NCBI RefSeq assembly: GCF_001194135.2 | Contig: NC_069000.1 | Span: forward strand, 15,452,416-15,489,731 | Direction of reading: 5' to 3' | Length of the DNA: 37,316 nt | DNA from: Octopus bimaculoides | Taxonomy: Eukaryota | In this document: positions 22,031 through 34,843 of the stretch, one piece after another | Position numbering within the stretch: position 1 is the stretch's first letter | Layout: every line of letters starts with the position of its first letter | The notes under the pieces: generated by a model | Told to the model about the DNA's origin: nothing | What the model saw: only the letters and a program-made list of their open reading frames with translations | Databases searched by the model: none | Position numbers and translations under genes: made by a program

Positions 22031-22118
22031 GTTGTTTTATTAACCTTGGCAGTATTTTGGCTAAAGATTCTCAGAGAAGTCAATTGAGCACCAAATACAG
22101 GCACTGCTCTTGTGTGTG

Positions 22119-22119
<1 letters not shown>

Positions 22120-22205
<86 letters not shown>
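22120..22205. repeat. Long (TA)n microsatellite; other (TA)n tracts at 513-548, 13298-13325, 18595-18629 and 23732-23766
   Basis: Seen directly. Confidence 0.95.
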
Positions 22206-22209
<4 letters not shown>

Positions 22210-22644
22210 CAAAGGACATACTAAATACGTCTACCTGCTTGAAATAACAGTCAAAATCCGTTATTTAATCGCCAAAAATACAGTGGTAAGTATTACAGAA
22301 ATCAAACGATATATATATATCAGTCAATGTCTTTAAAACTGCTTCCTTGGACATCAAGATGTTTCCTTGTTTCCTTAAAAATAACAAAAGAGTCCCTCTG
22401 TGTGTGTGTGTGTGTGTGTGTCTGACTTGCTATAAACAGAAACCTAATCTCCTTCAAAATTATGAACGGAAAGGACTGATTGAATAGCGTTGTGCGAGAT
22501 GATACTGCATTGTGCATGAAAAGAAGCAAATGCCATTCCATTGAGCCAACGAGGAAACCTTCAGTTGTATCGTTCCTCAAAATAATTTGAAACCGTCAGG
22601 GTCTCTAACACTGTAATTTTCTCAAGATAACGGCATAGAGAAGT

Positions 22645-23012
22645 TGTTGGCACTCCGTCGCTTACGACGTCGAGGGTTCCAGTTGATCCGATCAACGAAA
22701 CAGCCTGCTCGTGAAATTAACGTGCAAGTGGCTGAGCACTCCACAGACACGTGTACCCTCAACGTAGTTGTCGGGGATAATCAGCGTGACACAGTGTGAC
22801 AAAACTGACCCTTTGAATTACAGGCATAACAGAAACAGGAAGTAAGGGTGAGAGAAAGTTGTGGTGAAAGAATACAGCAGGACTCACCACCATCCCCTGC
22901 CGGAGTCTCGTGGAGCTTTAGGTGTTTTCGCTCAATAAACACCCACAACGCCCGGTCTGAGAATCGAAACCGCGAGTCCGCTGCCCTAACCACTGGGCCA
23001 TTGTGCCTCCAC
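22645..23012 (-). mobile_element. SINE family C copy
   Basis: Near-identical to 27334-27698 and 33105-33444. Confidence 0.8.
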
Positions 23013-23095
23013 TATAGAGATGTTAATAATAATAAAAAATACGAAAAAAAAAACCGAAAAGAAGATGAGATGAAATAAAGCAGACAAGGAAAATA

Positions 23096-23101
23096 TTTAT
23101 T
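23096..23101 (-). terminator. Candidate polyadenylation signal (AATAAA) of the peroxidase gene
   Basis: AATAAA about 70 nt after the stop; a second AATAAA overlaps the stop codon (CAATAAAG). The motif is common in AT-rich DNA. Confidence 0.4.
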
Positions 23102-23168
23102 CACAATCATATTCCATAGACATTTATATATTCATTTCATTATCATCGTTGTCTTGTGCTTATATCCT

Positions 23169-23379
23169 TTATTGCTGGCCTCGGTTTCGACACACTTGTA
23201 CTTGGGTTTCTACTGCTACCCCATCGCAAGAACAAGGACCATCAACTGGGGCGGCACAAGTTCTAGTTCGACTCATCTGGCCATCAACGCAAGCAGTCCA
23301 AGCAGACCAAGCACCGTAACTTCTCACCAGAGCGCAGACATCAGCAGCTGGCAAACTGTCACAGTCCACCAAGGGGTTA
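23169..23379 (-). CDS. Peroxidase last exon: domain end plus TSP1-like module (NPLVDCDSLP...YGAWSAWTAC...SRTRTC...CSCDG...VC)
   Basis: Polypyrimidine acceptor tcaacag; WxxWxxC and RxRxC motifs; TAA at 23169-23171. Confidence 0.88.
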
Positions 23380-23725
23380 CTGTTGAAAAAGAAAAAGAAA
23401 ATAGATTAAAAAATGTACTATTAAAGAATTATATATATATATATCGTTATACACTCTCTGTGTATGTGCGTGCGCGTAGCTGTTTGCATTTCCGGATAAT
23501 ATGTAGTCGTTTTTAATCTCCACTATAGCTGAAGGCCCGAAGCTCGTCGAAACGCCAGTGTTAAAACGTGGGTAGCTGATGAAGTAGAATGTTCTCTATG
23601 TGGCTCGTGTGTTCTCGTCTACGTTTGTTTGCAATGTCCTGTACCCAGATATGCACCTATACATACAGGTGGATGTCGGTATGCACATACCTGTACGTAT
23701 ATATGCATATACTCATTTACTTTTG

Positions 23726-23768
<43 letters not shown>

Positions 23769-26700
23769 GGGACGGGGTGTAGAGGTAAGATCCAAGGATC
23801 AAGGTGTAGGAAGTTAGTAAGCCTCGAGCAATCCGTAGAAGGTATTAAAAAAACAACTTTCACTCTTTTACTGTATGTTTTTAGCTAAGAACATGCTGGA
23901 CCACCATCTTGCTTTTCATACGACACACACACACACACACACACACGTATGTATAATGGATTTGTCCAATATTTTTGTCCTGACTTTCTCCTGAAACACC
24001 ATATTGTATATGTGTAACATATGTTCATGTTCATGCAGACAATTCGCTCTTACCAATCGAAAGTACCACGAAACCACTCGAGATTATCTCAGATAAACAT
24101 GTGACTAGTTATATATTAATTAACATCGGTGGAGAAGTACAACTCATAAGAGCGCTTTTTTTAAAAAAAAGCAAGCCATTTGTTTACTAAATTTCTTCAT
24201 CTCTGATGACAGAATACACCAAATGTTTACCTAAGTGAGCAACATATGCTGTAACATAAAACGAAATAATATAAACTAAACAAAACTTACGTGTCAGAGA
24301 TTCGCAGAAAAGCATCAGCTTGGATCTGTTCGATGTTGGTGTTGTCACAGATTAATCGAGACATTGTAACATTTCTTACAGCAGCCAAAGTATCTAAAAT
24401 GGAACATTGTTAGAGAGGGATATTTATTATAGGCCAGAAATTCACCTGTTAGAAATATCTTTACCCGAAAATAACCCCGTACACCACTTAATCCGAGACA
24501 GTTGACACCTTCCACTTATAACATATATTTCTTTTCCTAGCCTTAAAACAAACAAACAAGCAAACAAAGACAAAGCCGTTTCAATCTCCAAGGCCGTGCT
24601 ATTGTAGAGTGAAGAACCTCGACTACAATTAAGAGATGGTATAGCCAAGAATGGCACCATGTCACTAATCTTTTGAGAGAGGAATAAAATACTTGATCTC
24701 TTCTTTATCGATACAATAATGGTAAAAAAAAAAAAATCAAGTCGACAGGTGAGATTCGAAGTCAGGACATAAGTGAATACAACAATCATTATCTATCGAT
24801 GATATTTCACACCTACACGTTAAGACGAGGAAATCATATTCCCTTACATTGTTAGTGTTCCAAGTTCGTCAGCAATCGTAACACCACTACCGGCTATCAG
24901 AGTCTTGACCATAGCTTGGGTTGGTTTCAAAATGGTGACTCTAGGTGCGTGACTTTGGCAGTGTCCGGCAAAATGCAAATTTTCCTGCTATATTTCCCGT
25001 CAATAGAAGATGTGGCCATAGAGTTGCTCACTGGTCACTTTCTGCATCCAGCTTACGCTAAGCCCACTTGGAAAATCCGAATGTTGCAGCTATCGTGATT
25101 ACTGCTGTGTAGGCAATTTAACTGACTGAATTGACTCCAAATAACATTAGAGACTCACAACGAAGTATCTCGTTTTGTCTGGCTCTCTACCGAGATATCA
25201 CATTTTGTTTGACTTTCTATCGAGATACCACATTTTGAGTGACTCTACTGATTTTGGCATCCTAACGCCGTTCTAATTTAAACATACATAAAAGCTGGTC
25301 ATTAAAAGACTTTTTGTATTACCGAGCGATAACTGGTTGGGGCCGGCATTTTCGTACCAGAATCTGTCTCCGACTTTCAAAGCTTGGAACTGTCGTGCTG
25401 TAATGCAAGCTAATGTAGGACCAACACCGCCACCTGCAACTTGAGTTTCAGACACACCACCACTCCATACGTCAATATCGGCAACACTCCTGAAAAATGT
25501 AAAGACAAAAATGTGTTATTAGTATAAATGGGGGTAATGGGAAAAACTGAGATCTCTTACATGCAGAAATGTGTTTGTTTGGGCGTATGGTTAAAACGTT
25601 CACTTCTCAAATTTCAGGTTCAGTCGTATTGCGCGGTTTCTTGAGCATATGTCTTCTAGCTCCGGGTCAACTAATGCATTGTGAGTGAATTTGGTAGACG
25701 GAAACTGTGTGGAAGTCGAGCTGACAGAATCGTTAGCACACCGAGCGAAATGCTTAGCGTTATTTCGTCTGCCTTTACGTTCTGAGTTCAAATTCCGCCG
25801 GGGTCGACTTTGCCTTTCATCCTTTCGGGGTCGATAAATAAAGTACCAGTTACGCACTGGGGTCGATGTAATCGACTTAATCCGTTTGTCTGTCCTTGTT
25901 TGTCCCCTCTATGTTTAGCCCCTTGTGGCCAATAAAGAAATAGAAAACTGTTGGAAGTCCATCATACATATATATTTATGTGTGTGTGTGTGTGTGTCTT
26001 TGTGTTTGCATTTTTCCCATCCTGTTTGACAACTGGCGTTGGTTTATTTAACTTAGCAGTGACCGCTGGAATAAGTACAGAACTTAAAAAGTACGTACTG
26101 GGGGTGGGGTCGACTTGTTTGATTAAACCCCTTCAAATTTATGCCCCAGAATGGCTGCTTTCCAATGAGAGAAACAAGTAAGAGATAAAAGATGCGATAA
26201 GAGAAAGTTACCCGAGGAATTAACATACGTTAAAGACGAGCTAATTTCGATTTTTGATAGTAACTTGGTTGCAGGAATGTCTGTGCGTTTAAGAAGCTGT
26301 TTCGCAACTATGTGGTTACGGATTGGCTGCCTCTTTTTTGCGTAGCACTGCACAACAATTTCAGTAATGTCTGATCTCCGATCAAGGGATAACTTACGCA
26401 CTTCTTCATGGACACCCTTATTATTTTAAAACTTCAAAATATATGTAATATAAACTCAAGGCACCCTTCGTGTTGCGGAATCGTTGCATTCCTGAAAATA
26501 TTTCTGTAACATGGAGTTCCGTAACGAGAAACCCACTTATCACTGGCTTTCTCTTTGCATAGAAGTTAAAGTGAGAGGAAATTATTTTGCGTCACGAAAT
26601 CTTACACCGCGGCAAAGTTCTCAAGAATGTCATACTGTGATAAAGCGAAGGGCGCCTATATTTGACTCCATGTTTATATTCGTAGGAAGGGCTGGAAAGT

Positions 26701-29570
26701 TAAAAGGAATAATATTTATAAATCTGATAACATGAATATCGTTAGATATTGATTTCTAATACTGGCACTAGGCATTACGTGGGTGTGAATGTGTGTGTGT
26801 GTGTGAGAGAGACAGACAGACAGACTGACAGAGCGGGAGAGGGGGAGAAAGAGAGAGAGAGGGGAGAGAGAAAGAGAAAAGGAGAGAAAGAGGAAGGGGA
26901 GAGAGGGAAAGGGAGAAAAAGAGACATAAAGAGAGAGAGAGAGAGATGAACTCACTCGTAAAGTTGTGAAAGAAGGTTTTGATTTTCTTCAGTGTGGTCT
27001 ACGAGGTCTGTGAAGTTTTCAGGAACAGACAATCCACACCACTGTCTCCAAGCTGTGTATGTTGGGATTCCGTTATCACGTCCTTGCTGGATGTCTAGTG
27101 CAGCTAAATCCCAGCCATTTCCTGGGGCTGTTTCAACTAATCTGTTGGTTAGATCTTCCGACATCAGTCTGCAAAAAAAAGAAAAAAAAAAGAATAACAA
27201 TGTACACATAACGGCTACCGTAACTATTGTTATTTAGTTCAGCTCCGTTCGAACCGAGAAGACTGATGGTCAAAGGCATTCTAGCTGTTACAATCCTATA
27301 TGTCTTCATCTTTTAAAACTATTTTGTTACCATGTGTGTTGGCACTCCGTCGCTTACGACGTCGAGGGTTCCAGTCGATCCGATCAACGGAACAGCCTGC
27401 TCGTGAAATTAACGTGCAAGTGGCTGAGCACTCCACAGACACGTGTACCCTTAACGTAATCCTCGGGGAGATTCAGCGTGACACAGTGTGAGAAGGCTGG
27501 CCCCTTTGAAATACAGGCACAACAGAAACAGGAAGTAAGAGTGAGAGAAAGTTGTGGTGAAAGAGTGCAGCAGGGTTCGCCTCGTGGAGCTTTAAGTGTT
27601 TTCGCTCAATAAACACTCACAACGCCCGGTCTAGGAATCGAAACCACGATCCTATGATCGCAAGTCCGTTGCCCTAACCACTGGGCTATTGCGCCTCCAT
27701 TTTGTTACCATATTTCTATTGAAATATTCTGCCTTTTTGTTGTGTCTGGGGAGAGTCATTCTCTTTTAGTGCCTTATTTGATACACTCACCGGTAAAGTT
27801 TCCACTCACGAACTCACATAAAGGATCTTGTAAACCAAATCCAAAAGCGAAATACACTGCTTTTTATTTCTATAAAATAACAAACCTGTTCATTTGTAAC
27901 GTAATTTTTCCTAAACGCTCTAACAAAATGTAAAAAACGAAAAGAATCGAACGATGTCTCCCGACAGTAACTTAAAAAGAAAAATTATTTTGAAAATTTC
28001 TTCGGATTTTAAAGTTTTAACACAAAATAATTACTTTAAACAAGTAATTACAGATGTCGATAAAGAAATACAAACAGGTGTTTCTAAAAATTGTATTTAG
28101 GTGAAAGATAGGTTTAAATGAATGTAAATCAAAACGGCAATAATATATTAACTTTTTTTCTCTGTCGTTGAGAGAAAGGTTTAAATGTGGCTTCTGTCGG
28201 AAAGCCGCACTTAATCTTTCAAAATGATACACTTACTCCTTCAGAAGGCCGCAAGTTCTCGGTGTCGGGAATGAAGTTCTTAGACAAAAAGAACATCAAC
28301 ATCGACAATAAAAATACTCAAACACTATAAGGAAGATGTAATTATACCGTTATTCGATACTAGCTGAAACATCCCCTCGGAGGATGTTGTTTCAGCAGAT
28401 ATTGAATAAAGTATCAATATAGGTTACATTATGTATGAAAACTCAAACGTCTTTGCTCTTAGCGTTACTATCCTCAACAAATGGTTTTACCTGTCAACTT
28501 CTTGTGCCAAATCAGAGATAAGTCCTCGGTAAACTAAAGTAGGGGCATCGGTTTCTCCATAGAAAACATCTGCGTTATAGAACAGGGAACTAAGAGCATT
28601 CTGAGTTTCTCCAATGGAAATAAGGCTTCTAATTCCGGAGTGACTGTAGATAATACCAGCAGCGCCGAAACCATTACGAACAGCAGGATTGATGTTACCT
28701 ATGTACAAGGAGTAACCTTCTGTAAGTGAGTTCAGATTGTAGGTGTTCATAATATCAGGGCCGAGTACTTTGGGTAGATATTCGTCGTATGCAATGTGTT
28801 GCATCTCAGAAATGACGATTTTGCGAGCTTCTTGAAAGACGATTTCGTCGGTCCAATCTGGTTGGGCGGTGCTCAGAACGTTAGCTACGCGGTTGTGTTC
28901 TCGAAGGAAGAGTGTGTGTTGGGACATCATCATAGGTTGTACATTAACTCGATTATCACCTGAAGCGGGGAAAAAACATAACAAAAATAAAACCAAACAA
29001 AAAGCATGTTAAAATGAGTGAAGTGTTATATTGATATGAAACGGTAATGGAAATAAATACAGGGCGCGACAGAAAGGTTGCCCCAATTTCAAAGATTAAT
29101 AAAAAAAAAACAAAAAAAACCGCTTGAAGGTACAAGAAAAAACGATGCTCCAGGCGATGGTGGATACTACCTGAAACGGAAAAAATGACATTTAATGAAC
29201 TTCTTAGAAATCCAACGTTTTTTCATGCATCTTCTTCTGTATATTTTTTTTATTAATTATTGAAATCAGGGCAACCTTTCTGCCGCACCATGTATATTGT
29301 AAATGTATTGATGACGTAAACTTGTACCGGATTCCTCGAAATTCTAGATAGATTTTACTTTATAAATCACGTATTTAGTACAGAAGAGGTCTGTTAGTCA
29401 AGTGTCATTGTTATTTAGCAATTGCCTGGAACAGTGGAGTAGTGGTTAAGGTTGGACTACCCAAACACTATGTGTTCTTGTATTGAAACTCGCTCGCAGA
29501 AGATTTTATCCATCTGCCTATCTCTCCCTTTCTTTCAACCTATCTATCTCGTCCCACATATGCACACACA

Positions 29571-29601
<31 letters not shown>

Positions 29602-32600
29602 GCGAATAGAGAGGGAGAAAAGCGGTAGAAGTAGAAACATGGTCCTAACGTGTTAAAGAATTCCATTTGATGTTTTGTTTTGACACACATCATTCAAATA
29701 TTGAAGTAAATTGGTATTTTACATTGGCACATTATTTTATCACACACACAATCGCACACACACACACACACACACACAGAGGCTTTCACACAGTTATCGT
29801 TTAGCAGATTCACTGACAAGTCATTTGTCGGCCTGGAGCTATTGTAGAAAGCGCTTGCCCAAGGTACCGCACAGTGGGACCGAACCCAAAAGTCATGTGT
29901 TTGCAAAGCAAGTTACTAAAGTATACAACCTCTAAGAAAAGATCAGTGCTCAAGATCCTTTAAAGGGTTTCCGATAATGTTGGAAGAAGGGAGGAAGATA
30001 TTCTAGTCCCGGAGACCTGACCTCAATGTTTACAACAGGGTTGACTCCGCTGAAGACCACCAAGGATCAGGTGGTGGTGTTAAACCGGGTGACGCTTGGA
30101 GTCTACCAACTAAGTTGGCCGTAATGAGATTTGAACCCAGAACCGTCAGAGGTGGAACGAATATCGCAAGGTATTTGGTCCCACACTTCAACGTTTCTGC
30201 CAGTCTACTGCTATAGTTCTTATACTTTATATATCGACCCCACGAAGGATAAAATGCCTGATTAACTTCGGTGGAGCCTGAATAATTACCGCAGTGCATT
30301 TCATCGACGTCCCTAAAGTGAGTCCACTGTAAGAAGCATAAGGATGATTTCCCGGTTTCTCTGATGTATATACACCTCCCTGCACGGGACGGGACGCCAG
30401 TCCGTCGCAGGATTACTCATTTTCACCAGACGAGTGGACTGGAGCAACGTGAAACGAAGTGTTTTGCTCAAAAACACAACGAATCGCCCAGTTCAGGAAT
30501 CGAAACAACACTCTTACGATCGTGAATCCAACACCCTAACCACTAAGCCATGCACCTCCCTAAAGACTGCTAACTCTGTTAAAATATACATTGATAATTA
30601 AGAGAATAACCCACCTCCAATGAAGCAGAGGTTTCCTTCAGAGGCAAGACAGAATGTGGTGTTAGACTGGGGTAGAAGGTCGAGGTCATCAGTCGGGGTT
30701 GTTCGCATTAGTCCTGCAAATATAGAAGACAAAATAATTTAAATCGACCTCATAAGAACGAATACAAATTATGTATGCATACACGCGTACGTACGCATAA
30801 ATAGGAATACTCTCTCTCTTTCTCTCTCCTACACACACACACACAAGGAAAAGACATGATGGACATAACATACACTCACCCACAAACATAAAACTTACCA
30901 CCAGTCATTGTCCTTAGTGTGGTTTGCCTAGTCAAATCTGAGCCATACACTTGAGATGCATCTATGTAGCTAGTTGCGCCGTTCAACTGTTCACGTGGAC
31001 CTGAAATATGATAATGAAAGAAACTATTTTACAAACTGTTACACGCATCAACAAAACGACATTCATGATACTGATTTTGAATTTTGGCACAAGGCCAGCA
31101 ATTTAGGGGGAGGGGCTAAGTCGGTTATATCGACCCCCAGTGCTCAACTGGCACTTATTTCATTGACCCTGAAAGAATGAAAGGCAAAATCGACCAGGGT
31201 CTCTAGAATCAGTGAGGAGAAACGACGAACCAACTCTCCGCCAGGTTTTCTACAACTTTCTCGCCAAGATTACTCTTACATTTTCGAAGCCACAAAGATT
31301 CATAAATTAGAAATAAAGTAAATAAATACATATACATCGCATCTGGACATTTGAAATGCTTGTCGAAACTAAAGCTGCTGTTAGCAAGCAGCATCTAAAT
31401 TCGTGAATTGTTTTGTTATTTGCCTTTAATATTTTTCGAAAAAAAGCAACATTTTTATTAATTTTTCCTCAGACAAAGATTAAGAATAATCTTTTATACT
31501 TTAGGCACAAGGCCCGAAATTTTGGGGAGTGGCGCAGTCGATTATATCGACCTCAGTATGCAACTGGTACTTAATTTATCAATCCCGAAAGGATAAAAGG
31601 CAAAGCCGACTTGGGCGGAATTTGAACTCAGAGAGAAGAAATACCGCTAAGCATTTCGCCCGGCGTGTTAACGTTTCTACCAGCTCGCCGCGTTAAATAT
31701 TACAAATAATCTTTTCTACTCTAGGCATAAGGCCCGTAACTTTTGGGGAGGAGGCCAGTCGATTAGGTCGATCCCAGTACGCAACTGGAACTTAATTTAT
31801 CGACCCCGAAAGGATAAAAGGCAAAACAGACCTCGGCGGAATTTGAACTCAGAACGTAAAGACAGACGAAATGCCGCTAAGCATTTCGCCCAGCGTGTCA
31901 ACATTTCTGCCAGCTCGCCGCCTTAAAGATTATAAATGACGTAAGCATACTTACCCAAAGCGCAGGAAAGTGGGGGAGTGGCTAGGCTACGGGTGTATGC
32001 CATGCATGTTCTNNNNNNNNNNNNNNNNNNNNNNNNNNNNNNNNNNNNNNNNNNNNNNNNNNNNNNNNNNNNNNNNNNNNNNNNNNNNNNNNNNNNNNNN
32101 NNNNNNNNNNNNNNNNNNNNNNNNNNNNNNNNNNNNNNNNNNNNNNNNNNNNNNNNNNNNNNNNNNNNNNNNNNNNNNNNNNNNNNNNNNNNNNNNNNNN
32201 NNNNNNNNNNNNNNNNNNNNNNNNNNNNNNNNNNNNNNNNNNNNNNNNNNNNNNNNNNNNNNNNNNNNNNNNNNNNNNNNNNNNNNNNNNNNNNNNNNNN
32301 NNNNNNNNNNNNNNNNNNNNNNNNNNNNNNNNNNNNNNNNNNNNNNNNNNNNNNNNNNNNNNNNNNNNNNNNNNNNGGCGGAATTTGAACTCAGAGAGAA
32401 GAAATACCGCTAAGCATTTCGCCCAGCGTGTCAACATTTCTGCCAGCTCGCCGCCTTAAATCAACGATATTCATATCCAATTTTGTTTTGGTGTGATAGG
32501 GATAGAATTTGTTCAAATAAGAACTACCACGTTACATGTGACAAACCAAAACAATAACTTGAATTTAGCAACGTAACTCAGAACGCTCATTAATTTATTG

Positions 32601-34779
32601 CATCGTGTTTCCGTTTAATTACAGCAAGAGGCAGCGAGTTCATATACCAGTGACCTCTTCATGGGATCGTTGAGTACTTATTGGTTCCTACCATGTAAAT
32701 TTCTATATCTAAAATTAAAACGTATCTTTTATCTCTTACTTGTTTCAGTCATTAGACTGCGGCCATGCTAGGACACTGCCTTGAAGAATTTCTAGTCGGA
32801 TGTATCGATCCTAGTGCTTTTATTCTAAGCCTGCTACTTATTCTATCGGTTACTTTTGCCGAAGCGATTTTAATAAGAAATATTTGAAGAAATTTAATGA
32901 AACTACTCAACGAAATTGATAAAGAATAATAAAAATTCAGTGGTATTATATTGGTATAGTTAGACTGCTTAATGTGAAATATGTGTGGCAAATGCAAGTT
33001 ATTGCATCGATATTTAGTTGAGGATCAGAGAGTAAAATTACTGCACTCTTCCAGATTCCGTTCGTTAACAATTCAGCCTCCTCTGGTGTTTATCGATTAC
33101 ATAGTTGTTGTTGTTGTTGGCACTCCGTCGCTTACGACGTCGAGGGTTCCAGTTGATCCGATCAACGGAACAGCCTGCTCATGAAATTAACGTGCAAGTG
33201 GCTGAGCACTCCACAGACATGTGTACCCTTAACGTAGTTCTCGGGGATATTCAGCGTGACACAGTGTGACAAGGCTGACCCTTTGAATTACAGGCACAAC
33301 AGAAACAGGAAGAAAGAATGAGAGAAAGTTGTGGTGGAAGAGTACAGCAGGGTTCGCCACCATACCCTGCCGGAGCCTCGTGGAGCTTTAGGTGTTTTTG
33401 CTCAATAAACACTCACAACGCCCACTGGGCCATTGCGCCTCCACATCGATTACATAGAAACCCCAAAGATCAATATTGATAACTTTGCCGACCACTGAAT
33501 TTCAGTATTCAGCTGTAAGTTCTCATCTGTTTATAGCTACGTGGAGCGTATCTTTTGAGAATTAAGTACCTCGAAAAGAAACAAAGTGCATTGGCTGAAA
33601 CGTCAGCTTCTTAACCATACACACTTCTCATATAACACTGGATGTTGTTGTTTAGACCCCAGGTCAATTCTGATCGAGCTTTTCAGCATGGATCAATGAA
33701 TCACCCCTCGAAAGATGAGATGTGATTCATTGAACCATCTTCTCCTCATAAAATACCGGGTCTTGTTGCTTAGACCCAGGCAGTCTCTCAAAGGACGGGG
33801 TGTGATTCATTGATCCATCTTCCCAGCTATACTATGTCTCTACCCAACTGAAGACCATTAAGTCGCTCAACCAACTGAATTTATACTGGTGAAATTAACG
33901 TGTTAGCGGTTGAGTATTCCGCAAACATTTGTATCTTTAATGTCATTCTCAGACCAAATCAGTGCGATGCTATGTGACATGGCTGGACGTTTTAAGTCAT
34001 ATATGTAGTCCAGAGAGAGAGAGAGAGAGAAAAAAAAAAAAAAGAATTGACCCAAGTAATAAATCGGTACTGTATTTATCGACCCCTAAAGGATGAAAGG
34101 GAAATTTAATTTGAGCAGGTTTGGAACACAGAGAGCAGAGAGCCGAATCGAATACCGTCAAGAGTTCAATCTGACGTTCTGCTAATTCCGTCAATTCATC
34201 ACCTTTAATATGGTATTACTTACATGTCATCAGTTTCACAGCAGTCACCTGGTAGAAAAGAACAAGAAGAAAATAGTCGTTATTTTATAAATGGATTAAA
34301 CAACGAGATAAGGGTACACCAGCCACATGCAGCACAACCATATGTGCGCGACATGGTGATCTCATATCAAGATAAACAGCGCATGACCTCGCAGGTGGAA
34401 CCCAGTTAGAATTTTCCTCAGGTCGAGTAGCCCATCCCGCTCAAAAGTTCCTTGAATAAGGTTTGTTTAAGGATGTTCAGCAAAACACCCATGTTTCCAA
34501 AGGTAAATTATTCAAACCCCAAAGAATTCCTCTCAACAACACATGGCTATGATGCTCCCCCACTACTTCTGCTCACGATCAGAGATGCACATATCGTCAG
34601 CCACCAAGGGACATGCTCAACTGGTTAAGGTCAAACAACTGACAAGCAAATCTGTGGTATTGAGCAGAATATTTGCTGTAGCTCATCTTTTATACCAAGA
34701 CAACACAATGTACATGATAACACTTCCAATCAATTAAGATCAGAAGCCATGAGAGTCACTGCCTGGTACTGCATCCGGG

Positions 34780-34843
<64 letters not shown>

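Noticed and set aside
24442-24789. 115-aa minus-strand ORF as a peroxidase exon
   Set aside because: No family similarity; the flanking exons 25323 and 24393 join in frame without it.
26749-26955. ORFs rich in R/E or S/L
   Set aside because: (GA)n/(CA)n low-complexity tract in an intron.
28362-28398. Hairpin GCTGAAACATCC...GGATGTTGTTTCAGC
   Set aside because: Isolated imperfect palindrome with no intact ribozyme core or miRNA-length stem; function unsupported.
31495-31925. Tandem SINE units or microsatellite arrays as a CRISPR-like array
   Set aside because: Eukaryotic context, units are full SINEs with Pol III boxes, no unique spacers and no cas genes.
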